From the NCBI GenBank assembly GCA_964367375.1, contig CAYIXG010000005.1, forward strand, positions 1 through 32,000: a DNA stretch of 32,000 bases, read 5' to 3'. Of the stretch, positions 31,522 to 32,000 are shown piece by piece (the first letter of the stretch is position 1; every line of letters starts with the position of its first letter). The stretch comes from Candidatus Woesearchaeota archaeon. GTDB lineage: Archaea; Nanobdellota; Nanobdellia; SCGC-AAA011-G17; UBA489. Made by a program: the position numbers and the translations under genes. The notes below the pieces were generated by a model. That model searched no databases and was not told where the DNA came from. It was given only the letters and a program-made list of their open reading frames with translations.

Positions 31522-32000
31522 ATGATCTTGCTTAAAATAAGAGGTGTCACCAAACAGTTCAACACAACCGTTGTTCTCGACAACGTCTCCCTTGACATCC
31601 TCGAAGGAGAAATATTTGGCATCATCGGAATAAACGGAAGCGGAAAAACCACACTCCTCAAACTCATTGTTGGCTATTACAAACCCACAAAAGGAAGCAT
31701 TTCTTACTTCGACACCGACATCCAAAAACTCCCCCTCCGCGCAAAACGCACCATCGGATTCACCACTCAAGACAACAGTTTTTACCCAAGACTCACTGTC
31801 GAAGAAAACATCCGCTACTTTGCATCCTTATATGGATTAAATAATAACGAAATCAACCACCACACCGAACGCGTCCTCGCACTCCTTGACATCCTCGAAG
31901 TCAGACACATGATCTCAGAACACCTCTCTGGAGGAATGCAGCGAAGACTTGACATGGCATGTAGTTTAGTTCATGACCCAAAACTTCTCATCCTCGACGA
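31522..32000 (+). CDS. ABC transporter ATP-binding protein (3' end beyond window)
   Basis: Not in the ORF track because no stop lies in the window. Translation gives MILLKIRGVTKQFNTTVVLDNVSLDILEGEIFGIIGINGSGKTTLLK (Walker A), LSGGMQRRL (signature) and LLILD (Walker B). Confidence 0.9.
   Translation, partial: MILLKIRGVTKQFNTTVVLDNVSLDILEGEIFGIIGINGSGKTTLLKLIVGYYKPTKGSISYFDTDIQKLPLRAKRTIGFTTQDNSFYPRLTVEENIRYFASLYGLNNNEINHHTERVLALLDILEVRHMISEHLSGGMQRRLDMACSLVHDPKLLILD

Noticed and set aside
31504-31770. 88-aa minus-strand ORF at the right end
   Set aside because: It is antisense to an ABC ATPase ORF with Walker A, signature and Walker B motifs. That ORF is missing from the track only because it runs off the window.
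1-32000. CRISPR arrays, IS elements, integrases, prophage genes
   Set aside because: I saw no regularly spaced direct repeats, no transposase, integrase or terminase motifs, and no long terminal inverted repeats. The only mobile-element-like gene is the LAGLIDADG-like ORF.

Overview
Archaeal chromosome segment. The evidence is a set of archaea-specific markers (Pth2, Rpo3/Rpo4/Rpo10, L18e, L21e, RNase P Rpp21, DUF655), A/T-rich TATA boxes about 25-30 nt upstream of many start codons, and a stand-alone 5S rRNA. Small, tightly packed genes and many secreted Cys-rich proteins suggest a small-genome, possibly DPANN-like archaeon; this is inference only.

Layout:
(i) 0-13.4 kb holds housekeeping and repair genes: mini-DRG GTPase, Ogg2, Nth, an HPF-like gene coupled to Pth2, Rpp21, a SprT-like protease, RpoN and 5S rRNA. 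A 6.0-11.5 kb cluster of secreted proteins built from shared modules interrupts this block.
(ii) 13.4-18.4 kb is an insert that separates rpoN from rps9. It carries Lrp, a HAD / dNK-like kinase / Zn-ribbon-AbrB operon, and a markedly AT-rich segment with a free-standing LAGLIDADG-like gene carrying three HTH repeats.
(iii) 18.4-25.3 kb is a minus-strand ribosomal/RNA-polymerase super-operon: HPF-like, L21e, RpoF, DUF655, S13, S4, S11, cpGTPase, RpoD, tRNA-Leu, L18e, an 87-aa ORF, L13, S9. It has three non-canonical insertions.
(iv) 25.4-32 kb holds a presenilin/SPP-type protease and a 1,059-aa Cys-rich LamG-like protein with an archaeal class III (pilin-type) signal peptide. That gene is divergent from a small type IV pilin-like gene. 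A Memo-like protein with substituted motif residues, a DUF192 protein and a partial ABC ATPase follow.

The most interesting material is the surface-protein system. One cysteine module, ending C-x6-8-C-x-C, links the 6-11.5 kb cluster to the giant pilin-signal adhesin. The cluster also contains an untracked 51-aa mini-ORF that fuses the signal peptide and the C-terminus of the neighbouring 504-aa protein. No CRISPR array, IS element or integrase was seen.
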